64,000 nucleotides of DNA from a virus, in IMG/VR virus record IMGVR_UViG_3300011335_000775, positions 32,001 through 96,000 of that record. One strand, given 5' to 3'. This document shows positions 29,416 to 40,057 of this stretch, piece after piece. The notes under the pieces were generated by a model. It was not told the DNA's origin. It made no database searches and saw only the letters and a list, made by a program, of their open reading frames with translations. Both the position numbers and the translations under genes were made by a program. Positions within the stretch are counted from its first letter, which is position 1; every line of letters begins with the position of its first letter.

Positions 29416-30945
29416 ATGTTTCTCAGTCTTATTACTTTAGCTGTGGCCCTGGGGCTCAGCATCATTGCTGCATATTACAGCATTGCTGGGCTCACAGCCA
29501 TTTTTGCCTCAGCTGTGGTACCCATTATAATCATGGGCTCTATACTAGAGTTAGCCAAAGTTGTAGTCACATTATGGTTACACGAATACTGGGCACGATG
29601 TCGCTGGCTAATGAAGCTGTATCTAGTGCCAGCAGTGATCATGCTGATGTTGATTACCAGTATGGGTATATTTGGATTCTTGTCAAAAGCTCACAGTGAT
29701 CAAAGTTTAGTATCAGGTGATGTCACAGCAAAGATTTCCATATATGATGAAAAAATCAAGACTGAGAAGGAGAACATAGATGTTAGTCGTAAATCCCTTA
29801 AACAAATGGATGAGGCCGTGGACCAAGTTATGGGTCGTAGTTCAGACGAAAAAGGTGCAGACAAGGCTGTGGCTGTACGCCGTGGCCAACAAAAGGAGCG
29901 TCAGCGCCTGCTTGCGGAAATCTCAGAAAGTCAAAAACGTATCACAGCACTTAATGAACAACGTGCTCCTATTGCTGCCGAAGTTCGCAAAGTTGAAGCA
30001 GAAGTAGGACCAATCAAATATATTGCTGCACTGATCTACGGCGATAATCCCGACGTTAATATCCTGGAACGTGCTGTACGTTGGGTGATCATCCTGCTGG
30101 TATGTGTGTTTGACCCCTTGGCCATAATGATGTTGTTGGCTTCCACTGAAAGTTTAAAGTGGGCTAGAACACCACCAAAGAAAGAAGTCCAGGAAGAAAT
30201 TCCTGAAGATGGATACAAAACACCTTGGTCAGAGTCAGTTACTGAATCAGAAGAAAAGGACTTTGACGTAAATGATCATCCATACTTGTTTACAGCACCG
30301 GGCGGTACTAGTCCACCGGGCATAGACCCTGCCCCAATACAGGTATACAACGAGCCCGGCGAAGAAACATTGGAGCCTTGCTATAAGTGTGGCACACCAT
30401 TAATTAATGCGCCTGGTATTGGACCGTTTTGCCCAAACAAAGAATGTGATGTTGTTGATAGTTGGGCTTTACAAGATAATGAACCAGTCAAGATAACATA
30501 TATCTCACCAACTGCACATCTTGATGACGAACGTTATGATGATGACAGTCCCGAGATGAAACAGGCCAAAGCACAATGGAAAGCTGACAACCCAGGCGAC
30601 ACTCTCAAACGACATCGTTACCTGCTTGAAACAGGATCAATCGATCAGTTGCCATGGATGCAATATCTAAACAAATTGCCCGAATCGGGATTTGGTCCTG
30701 TGCTGCCCGAGTACGGTTCCAAGGGTGATACATTTATATCCACTATAGGGATCCCACATCGGCTATATAAACATAATGGTACCGAGTGGATCAACATTGA
30801 CAATACTCAACAACACAGCTATACTTACGATACAGCCTACATTGATCATTTGATCAGTCAAATTGAAAAAGGTCTATACGACCCCGACATGCTGAATGAT
30901 AGCGAACGTGACCAGATTGAACAACGAATAACACAAAATAAATGA
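29416..30945 (+). CDS. Multi-TM membrane protein with coiled coil
   Basis: N-terminal TM helices, heptad region, CYKC..CPNKEC. Confidence 0.7.
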   Translation: MFLSLITLAVALGLSIIAAYYSIAGLTAIFASAVVPIIIMGSILELAKVVVTLWLHEYWARCRWLMKLYLVPAVIMLMLITSMGIFGFLSKAHSDQSLVSGDVTAKISIYDEKIKTEKENIDVSRKSLKQMDEAVDQVMGRSSDEKGADKAVAVRRGQQKERQRLLAEISESQKRITALNEQRAPIAAEVRKVEAEVGPIKYIAALIYGDNPDVNILERAVRWVIILLVCVFDPLAIMMLLASTESLKWARTPPKKEVQEEIPEDGYKTPWSESVTESEEKDFDVNDHPYLFTAPGGTSPPGIDPAPIQVYNEPGEETLEPCYKCGTPLINAPGIGPFCPNKECDVVDSWALQDNEPVKITYISPTAHLDDERYDDDSPEMKQAKAQWKADNPGDTLKRHRYLLETGSIDQLPWMQYLNKLPESGFGPVLPEYGSKGDTFISTIGIPHRLYKHNGTEWINIDNTQQHSYTYDTAYIDHLISQIEKGLYDPDMLNDSERDQIEQRITQNK

Positions 30946-32144
30946 CCAAAGAAACATATACCTCTTGCAGCTTTTGTGGCAAGAACAAAGACTCAGTTAA
31001 AAAACTCATAGTTGGTGAATACGCAGGTATTTGTAACGAATGTGTGGAATTTTGTCGAGATCTACTTACAGATGAACCAGTTGTAACTGTCCCTGACCAT
31101 CCATCAGACAAGATGGATCCTATTGCTTTAAAGAACTATTTGGATCAATACGTGATTGGGCAACATGCTGCCAAAATCATGTTGGCCGTGGCCATTGTAA
31201 ATCATTACAAACGCATCAGCAAAACCACAGCGGAGCCCGAACTAGACAAGGCCAATATCTTGATGTTAGGACCCACTGGGTCAGGTAAAACATTGTTGGC
31301 CAAATCAGTGGCACGTTATCTTGACGTTCCGTTTGCCATTGCAGATGCAACATCAATCACAGAAGCAGGCTATGTGGGTGATGATGTGGAAAGCCTTATC
31401 AGCAGACTATACGCAGCATCGGGTAATGATGTGGCCAAAACACAGCAAGGTATTGTGTTTGTGGATGAAATTGACAAGATCTCTCGCAAAGGAGAATCAA
31501 CTTCGATCACACGTGACGTATCCGGTGAAGGTGTACAGCAGGCCTTGTTAAAGATGGTCGAAGGTACAGTATGTCGTGTGAGTGCCGGCGGCGGACGTAA
31601 ACATCCAGGCGGTGAAATGATTGAAATTGATACCAAGAATATCTTGTTCATTGCCGGTGGCGCCTTTGTGGGACTAGACAGTATTGTAAAGAACCGTGTG
31701 CAAGGCACCAGCATTGGATTCAATGCCAGGGTAGAAGCCAACATGGACACAGATCTGGGCATGACCACTCCGGATGATCTAGTAAAGTTTGGAATGATTC
31801 CTGAGTTTGTGGGACGTTTTCCTAACTGGGTCAGCTTGAAAGAACTTTCAAAAGCAGACTTGATCCGTATCCTTACCGAAGTCAAGAACAACTACATTGA
31901 GCAGTATCATTGGCTGTTTAAAGAAGATGGAGTGGAGTTGACATTTACAGCGCCTGCACTGGATCTTATTGCTGAACACACACTGGCCAACAAAACTGGT
32001 GCTCGTGGGCTGCATTCAGAACTGGAACGCACATTGATTCCGCACATGTTTAATCTACGTCGCTATGCCAGCACAGGTATCAAATGTTTGGAAATCGATC
32101 CTGCACAAGTAAACAAACCAACTGCACTAACAGGTACAGACTGA
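30942..32144 (+). CDS. clpX: ClpX AAA+ unfoldase
   Basis: C4 Zn finger, [34 protein letters not shown] loop. Confidence 0.95.
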   Translation: MTKETYTSCSFCGKNKDSVKKLIVGEYAGICNECVEFCRDLLTDEPVVTVPDHPSDKMDPIALKNYLDQYVIGQHAAKIMLAVAIVNHYKRISKTTAEPELDKANILMLGPTGSGKTLLAKSVARYLDVPFAIADATSITEAGYVGDDVESLISRLYAASGNDVAKTQQGIVFVDEIDKISRKGESTSITRDVSGEGVQQALLKMVEGTVCRVSAGGGRKHPGGEMIEIDTKNILFIAGGAFVGLDSIVKNRVQGTSIGFNARVEANMDTDLGMTTPDDLVKFGMIPEFVGRFPNWVSLKELSKADLIRILTEVKNNYIEQYHWLFKEDGVELTFTAPALDLIAEHTLANKTGARGLHSELERTLIPHMFNLRRYASTGIKCLEIDPAQVNKPTALTGTD

Positions 32145-32148
32145 TGCC

Positions 32149-32385
32149 ATGTATATCGCATTTGATCTTGTGAACCAGCAGCACTGGAATGATATTCAGG
32201 ATGCATTAGATGAGTGGCAAAAAAAATACGATATACCTTTCCAAATCAAAACAGTAAAAAATGTCACTCGAGTGGTGTTTGCATCCGACAAACTTTATAG
32301 TTTTTTTGCTATAACATGGAATCCGCCATATGAGTACCTTAAAACATATCGAGTAATTGAGCCAATGAAACTTGACAGCCAATAA
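32149..32385 (+). CDS. Hypothetical protein
   Basis: 78-aa ORF. Confidence 0.55.
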   Translation: MYIAFDLVNQQHWNDIQDALDEWQKKYDIPFQIKTVKNVTRVVFASDKLYSFFAITWNPPYEYLKTYRVIEPMKLDSQ

Positions 32386-32406
32386 TATTTCCTGTATAAA
32401 TACACT

Positions 32407-32470
32407 TGTAGATGCCCATGGTGGGGTCTACATTATTCAGTCATAACTTGCTTACAAAAGGAGAAACAAC
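32407..32470 (+). promoter_or_regulatory. ROSE-like RNA thermometer leader of hsp20
   Basis: 5' hairpin, then CTTGCTT pairing with AAGGAG with a bulged G. Confidence 0.6.
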
Positions 32471-32917
32471 ATGACAAAAACTCTACATCTACGTAGTTTC
32501 GATATCCCCGCACTCAACAAATTTGGAATTGGTTTTGAAAATGTGTTTGACGACCTAATGCGGGTCACACAAAATCAAAGTTCAACCAATTATCCTCCAC
32601 ACAACGTGATCAAGACCGGTGACGACACAGTTACCATCGAAGTCGCAGTGGCCGGATTTTCTGAAGGCGAAATTGATATCAGCTTAGACCAGCGTTTGCT
32701 TACTGTGACAGGTAACAAAAATCGCAATGATACCATTGAGCCTGAGTATCTACATCGTGGTATTAGCAGCAGAGATTTCAAACAGACATTTCCGTTGGCT
32801 GAACATGTAGAAGTCAACGGTGCAACTATCCGGGATGGTATATTGACTGTGCTGTTGGAGCGTAAAGTTCCTGAGTCAGCCAAGCCAAAGAGTATTGCAA
32901 TCACATACAATTTGTAA
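32471..32917 (+). CDS. Small heat-shock protein Hsp20/IbpA family
   Basis: NYPPHNV, EVAVAGF, YLHRGIS, DGILTV. Confidence 0.92.
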   Translation: MTKTLHLRSFDIPALNKFGIGFENVFDDLMRVTQNQSSTNYPPHNVIKTGDDTVTIEVAVAGFSEGEIDISLDQRLLTVTGNKNRNDTIEPEYLHRGISSRDFKQTFPLAEHVEVNGATIRDGILTVLLERKVPESAKPKSIAITYNL

Positions 32918-32972
32918 TATAATTGTGTAAATACAGTGGCAGGAATCAACCTGCCACTTCAAGAGGACCCAT

Positions 32973-33281
32973 ATGTCAAACGCAGAAGCAGCAACCATTA
33001 CTCGAACTAAAAAAGCCGTAAAAGAACCACCTCTTTATCGTGTGATCTACATCAATGATAATACCACCACAATGGAATTTGTAGTTGAAAGTTTAGTGGA
33101 GTTTTTTGATTACACTATCGAAACTGCTACACAATTGACTGTGAGTATACACGAGCACGGTCAAGCTGTTGTGGCTGTATTGCCGTTTGAAATTGCCGAG
33201 CAAAAAGGTTCTGAAGTACAAATCAGCGCACGTGAGCAAGAATATCCCTTGCAAGTCAGGCTAGAACCCGACTCCAAGTAA
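32973..33281 (+). CDS. clpS: ClpS N-degron adaptor
   Basis: PPLYRVIYINDNTTTMEFVV, IHEHGQAVV, EIAEQK, YPL. Confidence 0.9.
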   Translation: MSNAEAATITRTKKAVKEPPLYRVIYINDNTTTMEFVVESLVEFFDYTIETATQLTVSIHEHGQAVVAVLPFEIAEQKGSEVQISAREQEYPLQVRLEPDSK

Positions 33282-33282
33282 T

Positions 33283-34086
33283 TCAAGTTGTTATGTCTAT
33301 ACGTTTAGGAAAATAAGCATCTTGTCGGTACGGTGAGTCACCGCGACCCCGACAGTTGTTTACAAATCTTATTCCGTTGACCATCTGATCCACCCTACCG
33401 TGATAGTGACCAAAACACCAAGTGTTTATCTTACGTTCAGTATCATTGGTATGCACTAGATGCATGAGTCGATTGCCCATGTGATTGAACTGTGTAGTGC
33501 CCGATAAGTTGATATCGTGTTTGATCAAGTTTGCACCGGGAACAGTATGGGTGACAATCACAATCTTTTTCACATCATTGTGTGTTTGCAATCGTTGTAC
33601 ACTGTTGACCAAGTAGGCCACATCACGTCTGGATAGATCGCTAAGTTCTTCAGGATTCATTTCATGTCCGGGCATTTTCTTAGCATACCAATCAATCATG
33701 TGTTGTTTGCAATCATCACGATTGACAGTTTCGTCTAGATCATACCCCCACCAGCCATTGGTGCCAAGAATGGCCACACCATCTATCACAATCACATTGT
33801 CCTGTAGATATGTAACTCTATTCAATCTGTTTATGCTTCGGGCTAGTTCTTGATAGCTTTCGCCTAGTCTATGATAGTTGTAAGTGTGTTCGTCATTGCC
33901 ATCTATGTAGAACACAGCAGCATAACAGTTAGCTAGATGTTTTAAACAGTTTCTTACTATTCTAGGGTCTGAACTTATGTCTCCAGCTACCACACACACC
34001 GGACTAGTGGGTTGTCCAGTCCAGTCAAATTCTCCGGGCCAGGTCTCCAAATGTAGATCTGAAATTAAGTCGAATGCCATGCTCAT
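33283..34086 (-). CDS. Calcineurin-like metallophosphoesterase
   Basis: SDLHLE, AGD, GNDE, THTVP, FGHYH. Confidence 0.85.
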   Translation of the reverse strand: MSMAFDLISDLHLETWPGEFDWTGQPTSPVCVVAGDISSDPRIVRNCLKHLANCYAAVFYIDGNDEHTYNYHRLGESYQELARSINRLNRVTYLQDNVIVIDGVAILGTNGWWGYDLDETVNRDDCKQHMIDWYAKKMPGHEMNPEELSDLSRRDVAYLVNSVQRLQTHNDVKKIVIVTHTVPGANLIKHDINLSGTTQFNHMGNRLMHLVHTNDTERKINTWCFGHYHGRVDQMVNGIRFVNNCRGRGDSPYRQDAYFPKRIDITT

Positions 34087-34110
34087 GATACATATTTAAA
34101 AGGATTACAT

Positions 34111-34470
34111 ATGAACATAATATTTAGAGACTCAATTCCACAGCAGGTTGACGACAAGTATATACTGCTGGAATTGGATACATTTCTCATTGAAGGAAAT
34201 GCCCTATCAAAAGTTGCGTATGCTGTGGTGCATCAAGTGCCATTGACAGAAATGACCACTTTGCATCAGTTTAAAGAGTTGCATAGCAATCTACTGACAG
34301 AGTATCGCAGACAAAATTGGAAATATTGCGAAGATGCCATGGAACATCTACAAGGCAAATGGAATGGTGAGTTAGACACATTTTACAGTGAGTTGACTAG
34401 TCGTATTCAAGAACTAAAAACTCAGTCATTGCCCAGTGATTGGACCGGGGCGATTCTGCGATCTGCTTAG
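34111..34470 (+). CDS. Hypothetical protein resembling the C-terminal tail of class III cyclases
   Basis: YRRQNW...FY..L..RI..L....LPSDWTG. Confidence 0.5.
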   Translation: MNIIFRDSIPQQVDDKYILLELDTFLIEGNALSKVAYAVVHQVPLTEMTTLHQFKELHSNLLTEYRRQNWKYCEDAMEHLQGKWNGELDTFYSELTSRIQELKTQSLPSDWTGAILRSA

Positions 34471-35778
34471 TCTATGTTGACGTAACGCTCTAATAGATCG
34501 GTATGCCCAATTAGACCTTGTTGTAATAGGCCATTGTTTAATAAGTCCAGTACGACGAATGAATTTTCGCCAATACCACGCATTATCACCACGATTCTCA
34601 AGACAAAAATCTAATGCAACCTTGAGATTTTGTGTTAATTCTTGGGACACCTGATCAATGAATTCTGTGCTAAAAAAATGTCGTTGATTGTGTTTTGCAA
34701 TGCATTGTATTTTTTGCCAATCATCTTCTGTTAGATTTTGTATCTGTTTCATTGTGTAAGTTATTTTTTCTAATCTCAATATAGTATCAGGTTCTTGATC
34801 GTAACTTTCATCCCAAAAATCACTGTAAGTTTTAAAACCATAACTTTGAAGATATTTCAATGCACCTGGTCCTGCAGCCAACACAAAAGGATGAGCACAA
34901 GCAATAGGTCGTAGTATTTTTTCGGTTAAGTGTATTTTATTGCTGTCAACTACAGTTTCTAATACCACGCTTACTCTAGTAGATGATATGTGATTCACAT
35001 CATAATCGGCACTAGATGATGAAGGTGAATTATTGTCAGGAATTGTTCTCAATATTTCGCCGATATCAACGTTAAATTTTGAATTTTGTATCTGATAATC
35101 TTTAAGATGCACACCTTGAGTGTTTACATGTTGTGTGCTGATAACACAATCTTCAGTTAACTTTTGTTGTACAATCAATTCTAAAAATTTAAGACGATAT
35201 TCTCGATTTGGAGTCCAATCTCTACAGTAAATTAAAAAATTTTTGTTTGATTTTTGGGGCAGCAACCTAGAATCAAATTGCGCAAATCTATACCAATCTC
35301 TGGCTATTACAGCATGACTCCAGTAATAAACTGGATAAAATCCCACACGAGAAAAACGATCAACATCCTGACTATTCATTTCACTGTGTAACAAAATAGT
35401 CCAATCATGAAGGTGAATGACATTGAACCAGGTAAGTTCAGAGTTTGATTGATGCGGAAAAATAACTGGGTAAGAGTGAGTAACTGTATATTGCTCAATT
35501 AATTCATTTATTTCAAATTGAGTTGATTCACAACATTGATGCTTAATTAAACTAATTAGTCTATCAACATTACCATTGAATTGGTAAAAATCAAAATCCA
35601 ACGGCTCTTGGTCATGACATATGATCATTGGGGTCAATACTGTGGCTTGATCATAATTTTTAAAAGCGTCGAGATCAAAAATATCTTTGCTGCCATGCGG
35701 TCGGAATACATAAAGTATCACAGGATGCTGTGCAAGGCCTTGTATCCAGTGATACAGATTATCTAAAGGAATGTTCAT
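34426..35778 (-). CDS. GT10-like glycosyltransferase paralog 4
   Basis: SVVLET...LTEKILRPIACAHPF...GFKTYSDFWDESYD. Confidence 0.55.
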   Translation of the reverse strand: MNIPLDNLYHWIQGLAQHPVILYVFRPHGSKDIFDLDAFKNYDQATVLTPMIICHDQEPLDFDFYQFNGNVDRLISLIKHQCCESTQFEINELIEQYTVTHSYPVIFPHQSNSELTWFNVIHLHDWTILLHSEMNSQDVDRFSRVGFYPVYYWSHAVIARDWYRFAQFDSRLLPQKSNKNFLIYCRDWTPNREYRLKFLELIVQQKLTEDCVISTQHVNTQGVHLKDYQIQNSKFNVDIGEILRTIPDNNSPSSSSADYDVNHISSTRVSVVLETVVDSNKIHLTEKILRPIACAHPFVLAAGPGALKYLQSYGFKTYSDFWDESYDQEPDTILRLEKITYTMKQIQNLTEDDWQKIQCIAKHNQRHFFSTEFIDQVSQELTQNLKVALDFCLENRGDNAWYWRKFIRRTGLIKQWPITTRSNWAYRSIRALRQHRLSRSQNRPGPITGQ

Positions 35779-37023
35779 ATGAAGAAAATAGGATTTATTG
35801 GCATTGGTAAATTGGGATTGGATTGCGCTGAAGTCATGGCAGAGAAACATGAAGTTAGAGGCTATGATATTTACCCACGAACCAGTGACTCAGTAAAAGT
35901 TTGTGATATTAACGAATTGGTCAATGAAAGCGAATGGATTTTTATTGCTGTACCGACTCCACACGCAGAAGGATACGATGGCTCTGTGCCCAGCAGCCAT
36001 CTGACTCCGCGAGACTTTGGGCATGATGCTGTGATTGATGCCATACACAAAGTTAATCAACATGCTCGCAGTTCAAAGAAAGTGGTGTTGATTAGCACTG
36101 TGCTACCGGGCACCACACGTAAAAACTTTGTGCCATTACTGGATAAAAAGCATCAGTTCTTGTATAACCCATATCTCATTGCCATGGGGTCAGTCAAATG
36201 GGACATGGTCAATCCAGAAATGATCATGATTGGAACTGAAGATGGTGACTGGAATGGCGTTGCTGGTGAACTCAAAGATCTTTATGACACAGTGATGCAG
36301 AACAATCCACGCTACGAAATTGGCACCTGGGACGAATGCGAAGCTGTTAAAATTTTTTACAATACATTTATCTCAGCCAAAGTAGGATTGGTGAATATGG
36401 TGCAAGACTTTGCAATGAAAATTGGCAATATCAACGTGGATGTGGTCACAAACGCATTGGCACGTAGTACCATGCGTATCATGGGTCCAAAATACATGAC
36501 AGCCGGCATGGGAGACGCCGGTGCTTGCCACCCACGTGACAACATTGCACTACGCTGGTTGGCACAAGAATATGAAATCGGCTATGACCTGTTTGACACA
36601 GTGATGCATGCTCGAGAAATTCAAGCAGAAAATCTAGCCAAATTTCTAGTCGGCGAAAGTCAAGTCAATAACAATTTACCTATTGTGATTCATGGCAAAG
36701 CATACAAACCAGATGTGGCATATTGTATCGGTAGCTATTCAACCTTGGTTGGGCATTATGTTGAAAAACACGGACACAAAGTAGTATATGTTGATCCGCT
36801 GGCAGATGATCCAACTGGTGTGGTAGACCACGTTGATGGTGCTGCGGTATTCTTATGGGCACACAATCGTAAAATCACATACGAATACACCGGTGATCAA
36901 GTTGATACACAACCCTATTGTAAAATACACACAGGCAGTGTTATTGTGGATCCCTGGCGTAAACTGTCACAGACCATAGATGGTATCGAAGTGGTCCATT
37001 ATGGCAACACCCGTACAAAATAA
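35779..37023 (+). CDS. UDP-glucose/GDP-mannose dehydrogenase family protein
   Basis: GIGKLG, IAVPTP, STVLPGTT, EAVKIFYN, GACHPRD, KAYKP. Confidence 0.88.
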   Translation: MKKIGFIGIGKLGLDCAEVMAEKHEVRGYDIYPRTSDSVKVCDINELVNESEWIFIAVPTPHAEGYDGSVPSSHLTPRDFGHDAVIDAIHKVNQHARSSKKVVLISTVLPGTTRKNFVPLLDKKHQFLYNPYLIAMGSVKWDMVNPEMIMIGTEDGDWNGVAGELKDLYDTVMQNNPRYEIGTWDECEAVKIFYNTFISAKVGLVNMVQDFAMKIGNINVDVVTNALARSTMRIMGPKYMTAGMGDAGACHPRDNIALRWLAQEYEIGYDLFDTVMHAREIQAENLAKFLVGESQVNNNLPIVIHGKAYKPDVAYCIGSYSTLVGHYVEKHGHKVVYVDPLADDPTGVVDHVDGAAVFLWAHNRKITYEYTGDQVDTQPYCKIHTGSVIVDPWRKLSQTIDGIEVVHYGNTRTK

Positions 37024-37522
37024 CGCCTGGGCGCAAGGACATGTAGATCCTTGGTGGGGTCTACAGCATAGAGATCTAGCCTACATCAATGAACCATTCA
37101 ATGACCGTGTGGCCCTAAATGATTGGCGTGATTTGGGTTATACACAAAGCAGATTCACCGGCAATATGTATGACATGCGAAATGCAGCACCTGACTGGAT
37201 TGATGGATTCTACAAGATATTTCCGTTTGAAAGATTTGCCTGGAGCGTGTATTGTATGCCTCCGGGATCTGTGTTGCCCGCACATAGTGATACCTATGAT
37301 AGATTCAAATTGATACACGGATTAGAAAACACACATTCTGTAGTGCGTACCATTGTGTTCATGGAAGACTGGTCCAGCGGACACTACTTAGAAATGAATG
37401 GTGCCCCTGTTACCAAATGGCATGCAGGAGATTGGGTAAGCTGGCGCGACGACTTTGTGCATTTAGCAGCCAACATGGGACGAACCGATCGATATACATT
37501 GCAACTTACCGGTACTGTATGA
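37001..37522 (+). CDS. 2OG-Fe(II) oxygenase/cupin
   Basis: LPAHSD...VHLAANMG..DRYTLQ (HxD...H...R). Confidence 0.7.
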   Translation: MATPVQNNAWAQGHVDPWWGLQHRDLAYINEPFNDRVALNDWRDLGYTQSRFTGNMYDMRNAAPDWIDGFYKIFPFERFAWSVYCMPPGSVLPAHSDTYDRFKLIHGLENTHSVVRTIVFMEDWSSGHYLEMNGAPVTKWHAGDWVSWRDDFVHLAANMGRTDRYTLQLTGTV

Positions 37523-38436
37523 AAATCCACAGTTTCAATGAATGGGATCCGCTGCGATCCGTGGTAGTAGGGCGTGCTGATCATGCCAATTGGCCGTCAA
37601 AAGATCCTGTGTTTCGTTCTGAAAGTGAACGCACATTGTGGAAAGAAACTCCGTTACCATCGGGCCCAGTGCCTGACTGGATCATTGCAGAAGCCAATCA
37701 AGACCTTGATCAACTGGCCGGTATATTACGATCATTGAATGTAGAAGTATTTCGTCCAAGTGATCTTGATTTTCAAGAACACAATGGCATGTATAACTAT
37801 TGCCCTAGAGATCGATTGTTAGTGTATGGTGATACTGTTGTTAATCCTGCCATGATGTATCCTTGCAGAGATATGGAAATTGAATGCTATCGTGACATAG
37901 CAGATGCTGCCAACAACTATCTATTCATGCCCAGACATGAAGGCATGACCCTGGACGCGGCCAACATAGCACGACTCAATGACAAATGGATCTTTTTAGA
38001 ATCTGCATCGGGCAATCGTGCTGCATATGATTGGTTGTGTAAACACTTCCCCCGAGTTGATATTGAGTTGGTTAATTTTTACGCAGGGGTGCATATTGAC
38101 TCAACCATAGTGCCGTTACGTGAAGGCCTGGTCTTGGTCAACGGCAGTAGAGTCACTACAGAAAACTTACCACGGGTATTGAAAGACTGGGAAGTGATCT
38201 ATTGCAATCATGTGGAAGAACAAGGATTCTACCAGTATCCATATGCATCAAAATGGATAGCATTAAACATGCTGGTTGTAAATCCACACACAGTGATTGT
38301 GGATAAGAATCAACCCATGTTGATTGATTTCCTGGAAAAGAATCAATTCACAGTGGTACCTATGCAACTACGTCATAGTCGAACATTGGGCGGCGGGTTT
38401 CATTGTGTCACACTAGACCTGCATAGAGAGCCATGA
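37519..38436 (+). CDS. Amidinotransferase (AGAT/StrB1 family)
   Basis: NEWDPLRSVVVG, CPRD, DAAN, HIDST, GGGFHCVTLD. Confidence 0.9.
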   Translation: MKIHSFNEWDPLRSVVVGRADHANWPSKDPVFRSESERTLWKETPLPSGPVPDWIIAEANQDLDQLAGILRSLNVEVFRPSDLDFQEHNGMYNYCPRDRLLVYGDTVVNPAMMYPCRDMEIECYRDIADAANNYLFMPRHEGMTLDAANIARLNDKWIFLESASGNRAAYDWLCKHFPRVDIELVNFYAGVHIDSTIVPLREGLVLVNGSRVTTENLPRVLKDWEVIYCNHVEEQGFYQYPYASKWIALNMLVVNPHTVIVDKNQPMLIDFLEKNQFTVVPMQLRHSRTLGGGFHCVTLDLHREP

Positions 38437-38978
38437 ACGTAGCATGGTTATTTGCCGAGAATACCATGCTGCCTCCTACCACACCGGTGCAGGCCATAAA
38501 AAATCTTGCACCCATTTGGGGCAGCTGGCGCACCCAACGAGGCTATAACACCGACAATGTGGTGTGTTGGGATGCAGAGCAAGCCACAAAGTTGGTAGCA
38601 CAAGGATATGCAAAGATATGCAATCTTTATATTCCACAAACAGTTTATGAACAGTTGAAGTCTCCAAAAGGTGTGCGAGCATTTGGCGGCGAGTTTGATT
38701 TTGTTGTGGATTCGGTTGATGACATAATTGCTGCCCATTTGGTAGCAAGTGTAGCTGATGTGATCCTTATGGTAGGATTTGATCTGGAAACCAAACTTAC
38801 CCAACGCAGAACCAACTATGTTGGACTGCTAGCCGAAGCTGTACGCAGCAGCGGTAAACAATGGGTTGTGGTAGATCATCACACTGATCTTGCCGAACCC
38901 ATCCAAAAACTTGCCAATATCACTAGAGATCTATTGCCAAATGTGTTACAATTGTTGGGTAACAACAACGGTGAATAA
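38433..38978 (+). CDS. Hypothetical protein
   Basis: Coupled ORF; ILMVGFDL. Confidence 0.6.
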   Translation: MNVAWLFAENTMLPPTTPVQAIKNLAPIWGSWRTQRGYNTDNVVCWDAEQATKLVAQGYAKICNLYIPQTVYEQLKSPKGVRAFGGEFDFVVDSVDDIIAAHLVASVADVILMVGFDLETKLTQRRTNYVGLLAEAVRSSGKQWVVVDHHTDLAEPIQKLANITRDLLPNVLQLLGNNNGE

Positions 38979-38980
38979 CT

Positions 38981-40003
38981 ATGCATCCTCGATTTGGTTT
39001 CTGCTGCAAATGGCTCAACAATCCTGATGAAACCGGCGGTATGAAAGTCAACGCTGTTGATCGTGATATCAATGGCCGAAGTACCACCATGCGTTGGCTA
39101 CGCGAACACAAAGATCTAGCTGAACAACGTCAGTGGGATATCATGAATCACAATGCTCGTGCAGCATTGATGATGGTAGAACGTGTGGGTGCAATGGCAC
39201 CTGAACGACGTATGGTACGCCTAGGCAGTGAAATGCTACAAGGCTATACTGAACCCAGCTGGATTGCATGGTGGCAACGTCAAGAAATACAAGACCACTG
39301 TGCAAAAATCTTTGCCCCTATTGGTGAAGCTGCACGGCGACTTGGTGTGCGGATCAGTTTCCATCCAGGTCAGTTTTGTGTGTTGGCATCAGAAGCTGAT
39401 GAAATTGTAGAACGCAGTATCTTGGAATTTGAGTATCATGTGGACATGGCTCGTTGGATGGGATACGGCAGCACCTGGCATGATCACGGTTTTAAAATTA
39501 ATATACATTTGTCGGGCAAAGGCGGCCCTGCAAAGTTCCTACGCACTCTGGGTCGACTTACCCCAGAAGCTAGGAATCTAATCGCTATTGAAAATGATGA
39601 AATGACCAATGGGATCGACGTTACTTTACTTGTGGCTGAGCATTGCGCTCTTACGCTGGACATCCACCATCACTGGATCCGAACTGGAGAATACATCACT
39701 CCTACAGATGATCGCTCGCGTCGTGTTCTGGAGTCTTGGCGTGGTACTCGTCCTGCTCTTCACTATAGTGTTAGCCGTGAAGACGTTTTGGTGGATCACG
39801 ATGCCAATACTCGGCCCGACCTTGAGCAACTCCTTGCTGCTGGATACCGCAAGCAGAAACTGCGAGCTCATAGTGACTTCTTGTGGAATACGGCTGTGAC
39901 TGACTGGGCTGTGACCTTTAGTAAAGAATGGGATATGCAAGTTGAAGCCAAAGGCAAAAATCTGGCCACTGACCAATTGCACCAACATTGGCTAAGTCTG
40001 TAA
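38981..40003 (+). CDS. uvsE: UV damage endonuclease
   Basis: RISFHPGQF, INIH, IENDE, LDIHHH, RAHSD, VEAK.KN. Confidence 0.9.
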   Translation: MHPRFGFCCKWLNNPDETGGMKVNAVDRDINGRSTTMRWLREHKDLAEQRQWDIMNHNARAALMMVERVGAMAPERRMVRLGSEMLQGYTEPSWIAWWQRQEIQDHCAKIFAPIGEAARRLGVRISFHPGQFCVLASEADEIVERSILEFEYHVDMARWMGYGSTWHDHGFKINIHLSGKGGPAKFLRTLGRLTPEARNLIAIENDEMTNGIDVTLLVAEHCALTLDIHHHWIRTGEYITPTDDRSRRVLESWRGTRPALHYSVSREDVLVDHDANTRPDLEQLLAAGYRKQKLRAHSDFLWNTAVTDWAVTFSKEWDMQVEAKGKNLATDQLHQHWLSL

Positions 40004-40015
40004 CACAATTGTAAC
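39998..40015 (+). promoter_or_regulatory. Pho box-like repeat upstream of pstS
   Basis: CTGTAAC-ACAA-TTGTAAC, 11-bp period. Confidence 0.7.
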
Positions 40016-40057
40016 AATTTTGTGTTTAAATAACTATATCAACCAAAGGAAACATCA

